Positions 11,012-24,681 of a stretch of DNA of 64,000 nt are shown piece by piece. The notes beneath the pieces were generated by a model that made no database searches, was not told the DNA's origin, and saw only the letters and a program-made list of their open reading frames with translations. Origin of the DNA: Bigelowiella natans CCMP2755 (Eukaryota; Protista; Cercozoa); NCBI GenBank assembly GCA_000320545.1, contig ADNK01002961.1, positions 1 to 64,000 of the forward strand, read 5' to 3'. The number at the start of each line of letters is the position of its first letter. Position 1 is the first letter of the stretch. The position numbers and the translations under genes are program-made.

Positions 11012-14000
11012 TAATCAAGCAGGGCTTACCTCCAACGAATTCCGTACTCAGATAAGACACGATCCTGAATAACTTTCGTAGGTGCATACGCGGCTCTGAA
11101 GAAAGACGGTAAGGTGGTAACTTGGGGGGATCCTGGATACGGGGGCGACTCTTCTACGGTAAAGCACTTGCTGACCGGGAGGATCATTGACATCAAATCG
11201 AGTAAGTACGGCTTCCTGATGTTGAAAGACGACTACACCGCAGTTTGCTTGGGCCCTACTCAAACTATATATAGCTGCAGCATGGATAAGCTGAATTACA
11301 CCGAGTTGAGGCAGGGCCGAGAGAAAGGATTTGCACCACCCAAAGTGGTCGCAGCAGATGGACGATATGGCGGATATGCGGCGCTGGACGGTGAGGGCCG
11401 AATTTACGCACTCGGGGGGGCGGGACAAGTATCGGCATTCAATCAACTCAACAGTGAAGAGCGAAATGCTAATTATAGCGACATCTTTGGCTCGGGGAGC
11501 TCCTTCTTTGCCATCCCAAGAGGAAAGGGACCCCCTACCACATGGAGCATCGGATTTAGCACCCCTCCCACCACAGGATTTACTGCAGCGAAGGAGAAGA
11601 TGCGTCACCTCGACATTCGTAGCGTTAAGTCAAATGGTGCTTATTCTTTTTATGAGGCCTTTCTCGCTCTTTCGGAAGATGGGATGGTCGTCACATGGGG
11701 CTATTCTTCTTATGGAGGAGACGCCAGTACTGTACAGGCGCTCATTGATGAAGTAAAAGTGAAGGATGTGTTCACTTTGAGAGTATCCCTTGACAGCGCG
11801 AAAAAGACGCCCATATTTTGGTGCCTTCTTGCTACTCATGCGCAACTATAGCTTGATCTATCTTGGAGGAGGAATTTACAGACCACCCCTAGATGTGCAG
11901 GGAAAAATCGTTCAAATTCGATTCCAACCTGTCGTGGCGGCCTCTGCGAAGTCTTTCTTTGCACTTACGATGGATGGGAACATCGAATGCATCGGTTATA
12001 AATATGAAGCCGTGAATTCTAAATGCCCCAGAAATCTAGGGCCTGTTGTACAGGTGGTGGCAACTCTTCAGGCCGCTGCTGCTTTGTTTGCCAACGGCTC
12101 AGTCATTACATGGGGAAGTTCTTCTTACGCAACAGTGACATCCGAGGTTGCCAATCTATTAAAATCTGATGTGTTGTCCTTGTACGCTACGAACAAAAAC
12201 TTCGCCGCATTAAGGTCAGATGGAAGAATGGTGCAATGGGGTTACGACCAGCTCCCGAACGTCATCGAAAAGATTGAGAAAGTATTTCCACTGTGGGGGG
12301 GAGATCATTTCGCAGCCTCCTGCACGAACGGCGACACCTACTTTGGTGTGAATGAACCTTCCTTCAAGGCACCAGTGGCACGCTTATTTCGAGACGAGAA
12401 GGGTTTCATTGCCGTAGACGTTAAGTCAAACGTGTACTTCTGGGGGAGGTTTTACGACGCTGGGACATTCACAGCATTGGCAGATGTTCGGAAGAAATTC
12501 GCTGAACTACCCGTGATTGATGCGCAGCAGTCACCATCAGGCAAAGGCTATGGCGCAATTTTCTCTGACGGAACTGTAGGATTCTGGGGCTACAACTTCC
12601 AAAAATACACATTAAAGTCGGATTTCAGTGAAGTGGGAATAAAGCAATTAGTTGCTGGAGGTTCGGATGTCGGTTCGGGTTTCAGCGATCACTTAATGGC
12701 GATTAACCGTCTTGGCCAGTTTGCTAGTCCACGCTTTTCGTGGTATATCTACGATAGGGAAGTCGAAGAAGTACAATGTACAGGATTTTATTATTCTGTC
12801 TTATGCGCAGCTAAGCTATTAAATGATACGCTCACTCTACGGTTGCACTCTACCTCTACCTCTACATATTATAATCAATATTTGGTAAAGCCCAACGAAA
12901 CATACCTGGCAACGACAAAAGTAAAAAGTCTCGCTCACACCAGAAATGCGTTCGCGGCTTTGATGGCTGACGGTACCTTGCATACTTGGGGTCGCACTAC
13001 CAGCGAAGCCAAAATGCCTGATGATGTAAAGAGTCGAATCGAGTGGCTTGTTTCGAAAGGCGTAAATATAAAAGGTGTTTATGCTACCGAAGCCAGCTTT
13101 GCAGCCCACATGTCAGACAAAACGCTCATCACCTGGGGTAGGACATACTTGCGGGACGCGAACAAAGCTGAACGATGGAAAGGAATTGGAACCCTGCGAA
13201 GTTCATCTCGATTCTTTTTCGCCACATCTGATAAGAATCTCAATGTCTTCGGCTCCTGTTATCACCGTTCGTTTAATTACAAGGGTGCAAACCCTATCAG
13301 CACCGTGATTGGAGTGGACACCGCACTGGCAAATGACGATTATGATGTTCTCTTGTTTCAGAATGGATGGTTGGCTTTCAAAGTATATGATAGGATTAGT
13401 AAAAACGATTGGATGTTTCGACCTAGATGGGGTATCCTGCGAGCTGTTTCTTCAAAAAAGGCGATAGCCACTATCACAACACCTTTTAAGGTTTGTTACA
13501 GAGTAGAGCAGTTTTCATGCGAAAACTTTGTATTTTTCATCAAATTCTCTTCCACCAACCTGGTATATGGAGAGAATAGCTAACATGCGTATGAATGGAT
13601 GAATGTATTTTTTTTGAAACTCTCGATTTCGAGGACGACATCGTTATTCTCGAACATCATATCTCGATATATTTCGATGCGAAGCCGTACGCGCTTTTAT
13701 TGTTTCGCTCTTGTTATGTTCATATACCAGCCTGTAACAAAGAGCCCTACAACGAAGATCCTGACGACCACGTCTCCAGCTACAAACTCCCCGTCGACGC
13801 TTGCCCCTTCGTTCAGCCCTTCCACTTGCAGCCCTTCCACAAATGCTCCAATGGTCATCGAAGCAAGGCTCTCGGATACGCTGCAGTACATAATACTCAC
13901 CTTCCACAGGCCAACGAACACGCCTACGGAGGACTGTGCGGTGCTCTTATCTTCTGCAACGCTGGGAAAGCTTGGTAGTATCTGTTTATAGTTATGCCTT

Positions 14001-14282
14001 TTACAAACAGCGATTAACTGTTCCATTCAAAGGCAATTTGTCTCTACGAACTTGATTTGAGAAATAGTGTTATTCATCTGTAATCACACCCCTCTTGAAA
14101 ACGCTATATGATAGTATTTGTTTGTTTCGATGTGAGAGAGGTGTGATGACGTCGTTGTTATTTTTGGCATTGCCTCGTCTTTAGGGTCAAGCCCGACTTG
14201 CATCTGGGCTACTCCGAGTGTCTTATGGGTGTATTTTAGTAGAGGTTTCACCATTCGCCTTGGTAATATTACGTTGGTGCTA

Positions 14283-14341
<59 letters not shown>

Positions 14342-17300
14342 AATGCAATAGCTCAGCCAAGTATGACTACCACGCCATGTAGATCTTACACAATATGACC
14401 CCATGTGTACGCTGTGCATTACAGGTGATATGGTAGTATTTCGTGAAGAAGTAGTAACGCTTGATAGAGGAGGAATGGCCAACTTCCAAAGTCAACAGCC
14501 GCTCTTACGTCCAAGAACATTGTCGCCTGACCCCGCACCAACGCTGATCGCTCCCCAGACCGTTGGTGCCTGTGACGAAATCGACATCGATGCATCTACC
14601 TCCACAGGGGCTTTCGGCTTGCCTCTGACCTTTGAATGGAGGTACTTTGGCCCTGCTTCCTCGTCGCTGCGGGCGTTTGTGCAGATGCAGGACAGGTCGA
14701 GATTTAGTTTGCTAGGCTCCAACCTCACCGTGGGTGCGCACACATTCAGTGTACGCTATACAAACTGGCTGAACGACAGCTACAGCGCCGAAACGGTCGT
14801 GGTGCGCACACCGATGGATGTGCCTATCGTGACAACGTTTTTCCCTGACTACGTCCAGATAAAAACCTCCCGGGATAACGTTCTCCGCACCGAAATCGAT
14901 GCCTCTTCATGTTCTGTCTCTAAGAGTTCGGCCGTGAATCGAGTCAGTTGGTCATTCTTGGGGCCAAATTCGACGTACCTCCATCCCTCTGTCGATCGAT
15001 ACCGCAAGCACATCACGCCGTTGACAACAGAGACCACACCGAGCCTACCAAACCCTAATTCGGTGTTTCTGAGCATCCCACGTCACACGCTTACGATGGG
15101 GTCTATCTATGCGTTGCAGCTCCGTGTCGAAACGTTCGTCGCAGATGTGAAGCAAATTGGCATAAACTACACATTCATTATGAAGGCTGTGGACGAGCGC
15201 GTTGTGGCGAAGATCGGAGATGGGAGCTTAGCGAGAACCGTCTACGTCCCAAATTTGATTGGCTCGGATGACGATTTTGACGAGGGTTTGAGGCTAGACG
15301 CATCAAAGTCTCATGACCCGGGCTCCCAATATCCTATATCACAATACCATTGGATTATCCAACGCACTGACGACTTCAGCAATGTCCTCCCTTCTACAGG
15401 GAACATCTCCATTATTAGCAACGAATCGATCGCTTATGTGAATCGAAGCACATTGGTGTACGGCAGGTATCGCGTAACTTTGACAGTCTCATGCCTCCCC
15501 GCCTCGGGCCGTTCGTCATCGGCCAGCGACAACAACGCAGTTGCAAATTATGGCAGCGGCAACAACACTAATTGGAGGACTTCAACAGCTATTCAATACA
15601 TACGAATTGTGTCGGTAATGGTACCGAAAGTAACCATAATCCGCAGCACAGTGCCTAAACGCCTTGCTGACGTAGAAAAAGTTACTCCTGGAATGAAGCT
15701 ATCGTTTAGCGCTAATGTTTCTCTCTCTTCAGACTCGCTATACACTTATGCGTGGAGCAGTAACGCCATGCTGAACGACCAGACTTTGTTGACCAAGGAC
15801 ACAAACTGCACGTTGTTAGTACTACGGCCGCACACTCTGACGAGTGGGAAGAGCTATCAATTTCGCTTGATGGTTAGGGATGTGACGAGTGGAACTTATG
15901 CAGAATCCGTTGCGAACGTAGTTGTAAATGCTCCTCCCACTCTTGGCACCTGTTCCGTATCACCAAGTCGCGGGGTGAGCATGCACACCAAGTTTCGTTT
16001 CGGCTGCTCCGAGTGGGCGGACGAAGACGTTCCTTTGCTATTTGAGTTTCGCGACGCGAGCCGATACCCATCCTTCCCTTTGAATAGATTCCAGCAGAAA
16101 TCATACTTTTCGACGCTGCTCTTCGCTCCCAATGAGGATTCGAGGCGGTTCATCGTAGTTGCTCTTGTACAGGACGCGTTAGGCGCTGCTGTGACCTACA
16201 ATGACTCTGCCCTTCACCCGTTAGTTAATGGTCAAGACGGGAGTGTTGGAAATACCCACAGCAATGTTACAGCCTTCCTGAGCGAGATGGAGGCGGCAAG
16301 GGCCATGGGAAACATGATCCGTTTCGGTTTGTACTTCCGCGCAACTCTGGCTTCGGTCGACAAAAGCTCGACGATAGATACGTCTGTGAGAGATAATCTA
16401 TTTAGTTTTGCAGCGGATATAGCTGATGATCCGTCATTGCCCGTAGCTGACGGCTCGAATTTCGCGTTAGAGTTGCTGAGCGAGATTACCGACTTTCCAC
16501 CGGAAAAGCCTGAGGTTCTATCCTCCAACCTCCGCAAGAACATACTTGGACTCCTAGATAGGATGGTTGTAGAAATGGGCAGAAAGGGGGACGGGAGGTC
16601 TTCGGCTCTTGCTCTTGTGGTGGTAACTGCTTCTCGAGTGGCCGACTCAGTAGGAGATATCCGAAAACTTTCCGCCCCGATATCAGCCGCCCGGCTTCCA
16701 AGCAATGTTTCTGACACAGAGCGCATCGCTGTGGCGGAGAAGGTCGAGCAAATGCTGGTGAACGCCACGCATGTCTTGTCTACTACGGTGAGCGTCGGTG
16801 AGCTTGCAGCTAAGCTGTATACACCAAAGGCAGTTCTGTTGGCGCAGAAGTTTGCAGCGGAGAATGCTGCCGGCGCAACTATTGTAGAGTCATTGGATGA
16901 TGAAGCAGGTGACGAGGGGCAGTTGCAATCTATTTCTCAAGAGCAAAAACTATCGATTTCACTGCCTGAGAGCTTCTCTCTCGATGACAATTCTGCCATC
17001 CTCGGGGCATCGGTCGTGTGGCTTAAATCGAGGCCTTATCCTTCCACAGGGTCCTTATCATCTTCGCCGGGAGAAGAAAGCCTGCGTTTGCATTCTCAGC
17101 TGACTATTGAGCTGCAGCAAAATGGCCAAGACTTGGAAGTCAACAATACACAAGATCCAATTGCTCTGAAAATACCATTAGGTGCTGCAGAGGGATTTGA
17201 CTACAGATCTTCTTTTAATCCCGTCGCAGGGGGGGGGTTTACTTGCGAGTATTGGTCTGTGAGCGCCAGGCGCTGGCAAACAGATGGAGTGTTCTTAGCT

Positions 17301-19568
17301 AATATGACGAATGAAACGCGGCCGTGGGAGGGTAGAGCTGAGTGCCATTCCCGTCATCTAACAACGTTCAGAGTAAGCATAAATACGTTCAGTGGAGATA
17401 CCTTGAGGAACCAGGAAGCGTACTCGCTCTCAAACCCCCTCACGCTCTTCCTTGTCTGTCTCATCGGCATTTTTACTGTGGGCATTCTATGTGCGTTCTA
17501 CTACGACCGCTGGTTGTACCTCAAAGGGAGCGCGAAGGCATCTCGCGATTATTGGCGCAAATACAATTGGATGACAGAAGTTCGTCTAGTCAACGATCGA
17601 TCTTGGAAGAGCTATAAAACTAGCTTGCAGTGGGCCTTTGAGAAGAAGCACACGTGGACGGCGGTTCTGCTACGCCACAGCGGGGACTACTTGACCTCCA
17701 CAAAGCGAACGATAATCCTTCTGGTTCTTCTGGTCAACTCGATGACCGTGCTCGCCCTTCTTCTCGAGCAGGAAGCAAAAGTGTTATTCCTCTCCTCTCG
17801 TTCGTCTCTCGCTATTGTCGCCATGATGATGTCCTTTCCTGTACCGATGCTGATGATATATATTCTGCACCGACCTGTGCCTCAAACGTTCATGGTGACT
17901 CATGACATTGCCTCAGCTTCGGCTGGTTGGTTATCCTGGGCATTTTTTGGCCTTCTTCTTCTCCTCGGAGACTTGCAGGTCAATATGGAGATGGGGGGAG
18001 ACGGGGAGATCGATGGCGGTGAGGATGAGGAGATTGAAATAGAGGATGATGAGGGTGATGCGGAGGCGGGGAGGAATGAAGAGCAAGATGACGACGATGA
18101 CGACGACGATAATGCAAATAAAGAAGTTGAAGATCAAGCCAATCGGCTTCGATTGATGGCTCTTCACGGGTCCCAGCTATCCTTAAATCCTGAGGGCGCG
18201 GTCATTGGAGCAGGAATTATTGCAACTCAAGGTGAAAGTATCATTAATAAAAAGAACCAAAGGGAGAAGAGAATGGATAAGAAGAACACTCATCAGGCAA
18301 GTCTGCAGTCATCCTTTCGTGGAATTGGCATGATCAAGCAGAAGTCTCTTCCAGGAATGGTCACGCACAACTCTTCTAGTTTGGGTAGTCCTAAGAAATC
18401 GGAGGAGAAGAGCATCCAACTAGAAAAGGAGCTAAGGATGGCTAATAGGCGGCATTCTCTTAAGCGGATGCGTCAGTTTGAACAATACCGATCTGCGAAC
18501 ATGTCTTCGCTGGCTATGGATAGCAACATCATCACAGTGCGTGCCTTACGAGATATTGGCGACAGCAACAGCAATGTCAGTGATCATAGGGAAGGTGAAA
18601 AGGACGGCCTCATTTGTTGGAGGAAAAACGTGTGCAAGGATGCGGACCCCAGTCTGGAAAATACGCACATCTGGATTCGAAACGATTGTGTCGCTGTTTT
18701 AATCGCATGCCTAGCGGTGCTTGGATGTAGTTTCATCCTCGTCAACCTCAGTTATGAGTTGAAAGAAAAGAATAAAGACTGGGTTGCTGATACGTTGTGG
18801 ATGTTCTTCGTCGATATTGTCTTTAGATCATTTTCCATAGTATTCCTAGAATTTCTTCTTCTTGGGCCTCTCTGCGGCGCGGCTTACTTCATTGCAAACG
18901 ACGAGAAAAATGTCAAAAATAGGAAGCGGATATACGAGAGATGGAACACTATCGTCAAATCGAAGTATTCACAGGAGAACGGTGCTCAGCGTGTAGTGTT
19001 GGCGTTCGCATCCGGTGACACGATCGGGTTTAAATTCCATAAGTGTCGCGTTGTCGATGTAGAGACTGACTCGCAATCACAAAAGCATGGCGTACATAAA
19101 GGATGGAGAATACTTCGAATAAGCGACCAACCGGTTCTAAACGATAGTGAGTTAAGAAAAATACTATTTCGTGCGCACCGTTTACATTCCATGTTCGATG
19201 TCGAATTCGTGCACTTTCCAACCACAAAGCTGCGAGTGCGTGAGGATAAAAGCAACAATAGGAACAGCAACAGCAACAGTAATGTTTCAGCGAGCTTGAA
19301 TCCATCTTCCGTTGTGGAGGACAGTGAGATGACCTGGCTCTCTGATGGCGAATTCAAAGCGCTGCAGCAGAGCGGATCAAAGTGGCAGAGTTTTGTGAAA
19401 GATGAGGTTAAATGGGCAGAGAGCAGGGCAAACTTAATGAAAGAAGCAAGAGGGCGTGCTTTACGAGATTTTCTTCATCTTACGAACAGCGAAGTTGACG
19501 ATTTCGGTGATGGTGATTCGGCGTCGGAGCTTAGCTCTGAGCCTGGGGAAATCAGCGTGTCTTGTTAA
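7071..19568 (+). CDS. Giant polycystin-1-like receptor: signal peptide, NHL repeats, RCC1/BLIP-II-like repeats, P/T/S stalk, REJ, GPS, multiple TMs, acidic loop, PDZ-like tail
   Basis: MQPWFLLVLC.. at 7071. NHL-like exons at 7.5-10.4 kb (HRIRKLDL, LYVGDKSNLRKI). AALKKDGKVVTWG..YGGDSS repeats at 10.6-13.5 kb. In-frame GT-AG joins from 13490 via 13730 and 14185 to 14425. REJ (NAPPTLGTCSVSP), GPS (CEYW..W..C.SRHLTTF), PDZ-like GFKF..VVDV..GV.KGWRI. Frame break near 11810. Confidence 0.8.
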
Positions 19569-19570
19569 TG

Positions 19571-20640
19571 GCATGGGTGCATGTGAACAATTGACATGTG
19601 ACATCTAGGAATGCATGCATGCAGCTTCGTGCTCCGCACATTCATTTGCGTTTTCATCTTTTGAAGTTTTTCCAAAGCCACGTAGAGCGTGCCGCTGCAG
19701 CTGTCGCATCGTGATTCTTCATGTTTTTGGTCGCTCACTGTGGATGGAAATGAGAGTGCACAATTCCACATGCTTTCTGCCGACCAGACATGGCTGCATG
19801 TGCATCACAGGAAATCTGAGTCATGTAGCGTGCGCACGATGAGAGCTAGCGAGCAATGCATTGCACGCGACACAATGCAATGTGTGACGCATGTGATGAA
19901 TCAAATCAAATTCATCAAATTGATCAATGCATTTCAATGGTACACGTGGCAAAGATGAGTTGCAAGCCTTGCTGCGTTCACGTGTTCTTTCAATTGTGCG
20001 TTTTCCACAAGCTAGCAAGGTCATGCGTGCTGGCAGCACGTTCAAAATCATTCGAATTCAAAGATGCGTTGTTGAAGATTTGCAACGTTTCAAGCGTCAT
20101 TGTTGTCAGGAGTGGCAGAAACGTCAGGCTGGCAGGGCCCAGAGTGGACACACCGTGCACCTGCACCTCAACCGAACGATTTTCGAGGGCATCGCATCTT
20201 CCTTTGACGTGTTCGTGTGCGAATGCAGGGTCGGGAGCACGCAGAGAACGACACAAACGTCGCAGGCTAGCAGGATGAATGTGCGCGGTGCCCTTTGTGA
20301 AAGTATTTCCTGTTGTGTGTCGAGATGTTGTTCACGGCGCCTTTCCGGGTGTCCGTCTCGAGGACATCAGAGTTTTTTTCGCACAGCGACCAGTGCGACA
20401 CGGCGTGCAGACACCAATTGGAGGGCACCCTCTTCCTGCGGGTTTTGCTGCTGCCCGCGACGTGACCTTCTCGCGCGTGCGTTTCACCTGTCTCACCCCA
20501 CTCCCTTGCGCTCCACACGTTGAGGCAAACCAGGTCTTTCTCAACGATGGGGGTTGTCGGTGCTACCTTTCGGTTGTTGCGTTTGGTCTCAGCAAGAGTT
20601 GAAATTGTTGAAAGCACTTCGGGTTCACAGCCCATTCTAC
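19571..20640. other. TpA-depleted tract
   Basis: About 10 TA in ~1070 bp by manual count, 4 of them in CTAG. CG remains common. Confidence 0.85.
19920..20635 (-). pseudogene. Decayed coding relic of unknown family
   Basis: ATG at 20635; fragmented ORFs 20267-20635 and 19990-20256 with His/Cys where Tyr would read naturally (FAHEHVKGRCDAL, VQVHGV). Confidence 0.4.
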
Positions 20641-20878
20641 GACAATTTCACCCAAAAAAATCCAGATTTGGCGCCTTTTCGAAACGTATACAGAAACATC
20701 ATGGTAAAAATACCCAAAAATATAGCGGAAAGCGGAAAGCCTTCCATGAGTTCGTGAGACAGGAGAAACTTTAACTTCTTACACACGAACATTTTTTTTA
20801 AGAAAATTTGGGCAATTTCTGGTTGTCGCAACGAAAAAACGCTCATGGTTTCACTCCGTTTTCGGAAGAGTCGAATCG

Positions 20879-21677
20879 ATGGCGACCGCCCCCCCCACTG
20901 CGGATGGTAGGAACTGCTCAGACGATGTAGCTTTCAATTGACACGAATTCGTGCCGATTTATCCTGTGCGCTTGTTTTGGTTGAATCAGAAGCTAAAGGG
21001 CGGTGTCGTGGTCCGGGTTCACCACAGCAGCATGATACTACTAGCGGAGATAGCGGGAAAAACAAAGGGGGGAAGGCCAAAAAGGCCATGCAGCACTTCG
21101 CTCAGGCACTTCAAAGTTCGAATGACAAGCCCTAACTCCCCTTTTTTTTCAAGATATAAATGCGTGTTTCTTCGGCCGCTGATTTGTTCAATGCTTGGGG
21201 TAGGAAAGGTAATGAGAAGGCGCATCAAAGCTCTGATTGCCAGCAAGAAGACGAATGGAGCAAAGGTAAGAGGAGCACTTGTTTGGACAAATCGTAATCA
21301 TAATAAGAAAAGAAGTTGAAACCACAGTGGCACTTCCTTCTGATAACGTCGCGCAACACGCAGAGTGGTAGCAAGGAACAAAGAGTTGATGGGGATGGCG
21401 ACGACGAGGAGGCATCTTCTCATTTATTTAGGTGGTAGTAAAAGAAGCAGCATAGCCGACTTTCCTCGCACGCACAATACATTAAACATTGGTGTATCAT
21501 GCCCGCTGATAGCTGCACAGCAAGGGGATGAAATAGGCTTGAAAAATGAAAACAGACGATTTCGCTGTCGTCAAATGTTCCAATTACAAGCCCAACTACA
21601 TAGCGGTTGACACGAGTATGCAACTTGCAGACAGTTCTTAGAATTTTCCCAAGTGCCTATCTCTGGTGTTCGATAAT

Positions 21678-21716
<39 letters not shown>

Positions 21717-22002
21717 CTGTACCCTGCTCGCAGGAGCCATCGTCGCTCGACCAACTCCGATTCAGCACACGAACCAACATCATACCACAACACGCTTAGA
21801 TCACCGTATGTGCCTACCTGTCGGGCGGCGGTTGAGGAGTTTCTGAAAATCGCTCATGTAATACAGATGCATATAACCAGAAGCGGTGATTTTGGATGTG
21901 GGAGTAGAGAGAACCGATAACAGCGGAAAGAAACAGCACTACTATACCACCCTAGCAGGAGATGAAGCATCGAAAGCCCATTCCGTGTTCTTTAAACTGT
22001 TC

Positions 22003-22043
<41 letters not shown>

Positions 22044-22335
22044 TACACGTGTGTGTATGTGTGTGTATGTGTGTGTGTGGTGTGTGATGCTGATAATGTA
22101 TATTTGAATAGGTCGGAGAAAATGACGTTGTATGCGACATAGGTACCGGAGAGAAACAACAGTTAAAATTTATTATTGAATATTACAAGGACGATGATTT
22201 CAAACCACGTTAGATTCATTATTGAACATTACAAAGACGATGATTTCTTTCCCCATCTCATTTTTATCCCCCCCCTCCTTCCCACCTCCTCTCCTCCGGC
22301 CTCCCTTCCATCTTCTTTCTCTCTCTCTCCCTCTC

Positions 22336-22373
<38 letters not shown>

Positions 22374-22544
22374 GCTCTCTCTCTCTCTTTCTCGTTCATC
22401 CTTTCTTGTGTGCGCGAAGGATGCGGGGATGGACGGGTGCTTGCAATGGCCGCGGAGTTAGGAGCAAAAGGCATCGGTTTTGAGGTGAGTACTGAGTCAG
22501 ATTGATAGATGCAAAACACATACACACACATATTACACACACAA

Positions 22545-22586
<42 letters not shown>

Positions 22587-22713
22587 ATATATGCAGATTG
22601 ATCAGGAGCTGCATGAACGTGCGACGAAGATGCTGGCGAAAGAGAAGAAAGCATTGCGGGTCAGTGTTAGCTTTTTCACTGACATTGTACGTCTACATAT
22701 TAACCAAAAAAGG

Positions 22714-22747
<34 letters not shown>

Positions 22748-22840
22748 CTGTGTGTGTATATGGATGGGTGGGTGTTTTACCGTACTAGGAACGAGTAGTG
22801 ATATATAATCAGCCTGCAGAAGGTAAATCCACACACACAT

Positions 22841-22872
<32 letters not shown>

Positions 22873-22956
22873 GAAGAAAAACACATCTTTTACCTACGTT
22901 ACACCATACAGATATTCTTGTTAAGTACGAATGGAAAATGCAAATGGGGAGAGAGG

Positions 22957-23002
<46 letters not shown>

Positions 23003-23197
23003 TGAAAAGTGAAAGAAAACGAAGTTCGTGTAGCTCTGCACATGAAAAAGTGGGAAACGACTGCTTTAATCATGGTTTTTCACTCATTCTGGTGATGTGT
23101 TAGGAGCTCGACTCATTGAGGCATTGCAGCAAACGACGGTGTTGTTTCTATTCCTCCTGCCAAGTAATGGTTTCTCACGCCAATATGCACGCGATTG

Positions 23198-23235
<38 letters not shown>

Positions 23236-23820
23236 TAATTATTTCGAGTACAATATCGACATGGATTTGTTTCTGATCTCCACAAACCAACCACAGAGGC
23301 CATCCGCAGCTTGGAGCCTATCATACTAGCGCACATGCAGCCGAAGACGCGTATAGTCACGTACACGTTTCGATTCGGAGACTCTCTCGTCCCCGTGAAA
23401 TCTATAAACTACAGGTATTTCCACGCCGCCAAGCGGCACCGATGGTGATGAGGGGGGAGATGTTCAAAGTTTTGGTTTTGTGAGTCTGAATCAAACGTCC
23501 TCAGTAGCCGCGCAACATCGGATGGGATGAGGGAGGGATTGTGGATTGTGAATTTTCCGTTGTTCTTCCAATATTTTGGGGCTGAAAAGCGCCAACGATA
23601 GCCTGTCCTGCAAGCCTCTGTCTCAGGGCATATGGCGCCTTTGATGAACAAATTTCATTGACTTCATCTTCCTACCCCTTCGTGCTTGTTAGCTTGGAAG
23701 AATTTTCTGTCTAAGACGGCGTTGCCGATTGTTTCAATGCTGCGGTGGTTTTGGTAAAACAGGAGTAGCGTTACGCCCTTGCGCATGTACGAGGTGCCGT
23801 CAAGGCAGAAACGCTCATAA
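20879..23820 (+). CDS. Class I SAM-dependent methyltransferase, FAM173 (ANTKMT/ATPSCKMT)-like; 5' exons uncertain
   Basis: Spliced exons give SPYVPT..VEEFLKIAH / VGENDVVCDIG / CGDGRVL..GAKGIGFE / IDQEL / LFLLP / RIVTYTF; stop at 23818-23820. Confidence 0.8.
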
Positions 23821-24149
23821 CAATGATGGTAAAAGTAGAAGCTGTAAAGGTAACAATGAGACGGATGTAATGAACTGATTAAATCTTTCCAATGGTCATC
23901 CTGATGTAGCTGTGCAAAGCTGCGGCTACAGCGCTAATGGTGACAATGGCAATGGCAAATGGAGCGAGGTGGGAGCGAGCGTCGATCATGCATGTGCAGC
24001 AACAGCAACTAGACCATAACGACAATGGCATGCAAAAATTCTAGAATTGATCACGTACGTAGGTGACTCAACTAGTCATCGCTGAGCGTCTTCCGAGTCA
24101 TCTGTTGCGCGCACAAGGCGATGTGCACAGAAAAATGATACAGCTTGCA

Positions 24150-24247
24150 ATGATAGACATGCAATACACAATGTGTATAATACGTATAGTGTATTACTAT
24201 GATAGACATGCAATACGCAATATGTATAACATACATAGTGTATTGCT
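24150..24247 (+). repeat. 49-bp tandem duplication, 7 mismatches
   Basis: atgatagacatgcaatacacaatgtgtataatacgtatagtgtattact versus atgatagacatgcaatacgcaatatgtataacatacatagtgtattgct. Confidence 0.9.
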
Positions 24248-24681
24248 GTGTCCATTATTGCACAACATTGGCATGGATGCATGCAATGTGTGCATGTACA
24301 TGACACTTCAGCACAACATCTCACACACACACATGAACATTGAATGAAAACCATTGAAGAAAAAGAGGAGAAAAAGTGCACGTGGCTGTTGGAATGACGA
24401 GATAGACATCTGACAATCATCGTGTTGGCATGCTGCATGGCCAACATGTAAGCTCAGCATGTGGTGCGACGTCCATCCGGCAATCTAGCAGCAATGCAAA
24501 ATAAAGCTGCTCCATGTCTACACGATGCTGCGTTGCCTGTCGCTATTTGATTTTTAGCAAAGTTGAATTCTATGATCCACATCTATACCATACAGCAACA
24601 TGTCGTTTGATGCACTGAACAAAATTATGCTGCATCTCTATCTGACCATTATATTCATTGATAATGACGTAGCTTAAATGT

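Noticed and set aside
19571-20640. CpG-methylation decay or RIP as the explanation for CA/TG excess
   Set aside because: CG remains frequent and TA is the missing dinucleotide; RIP would increase TA.
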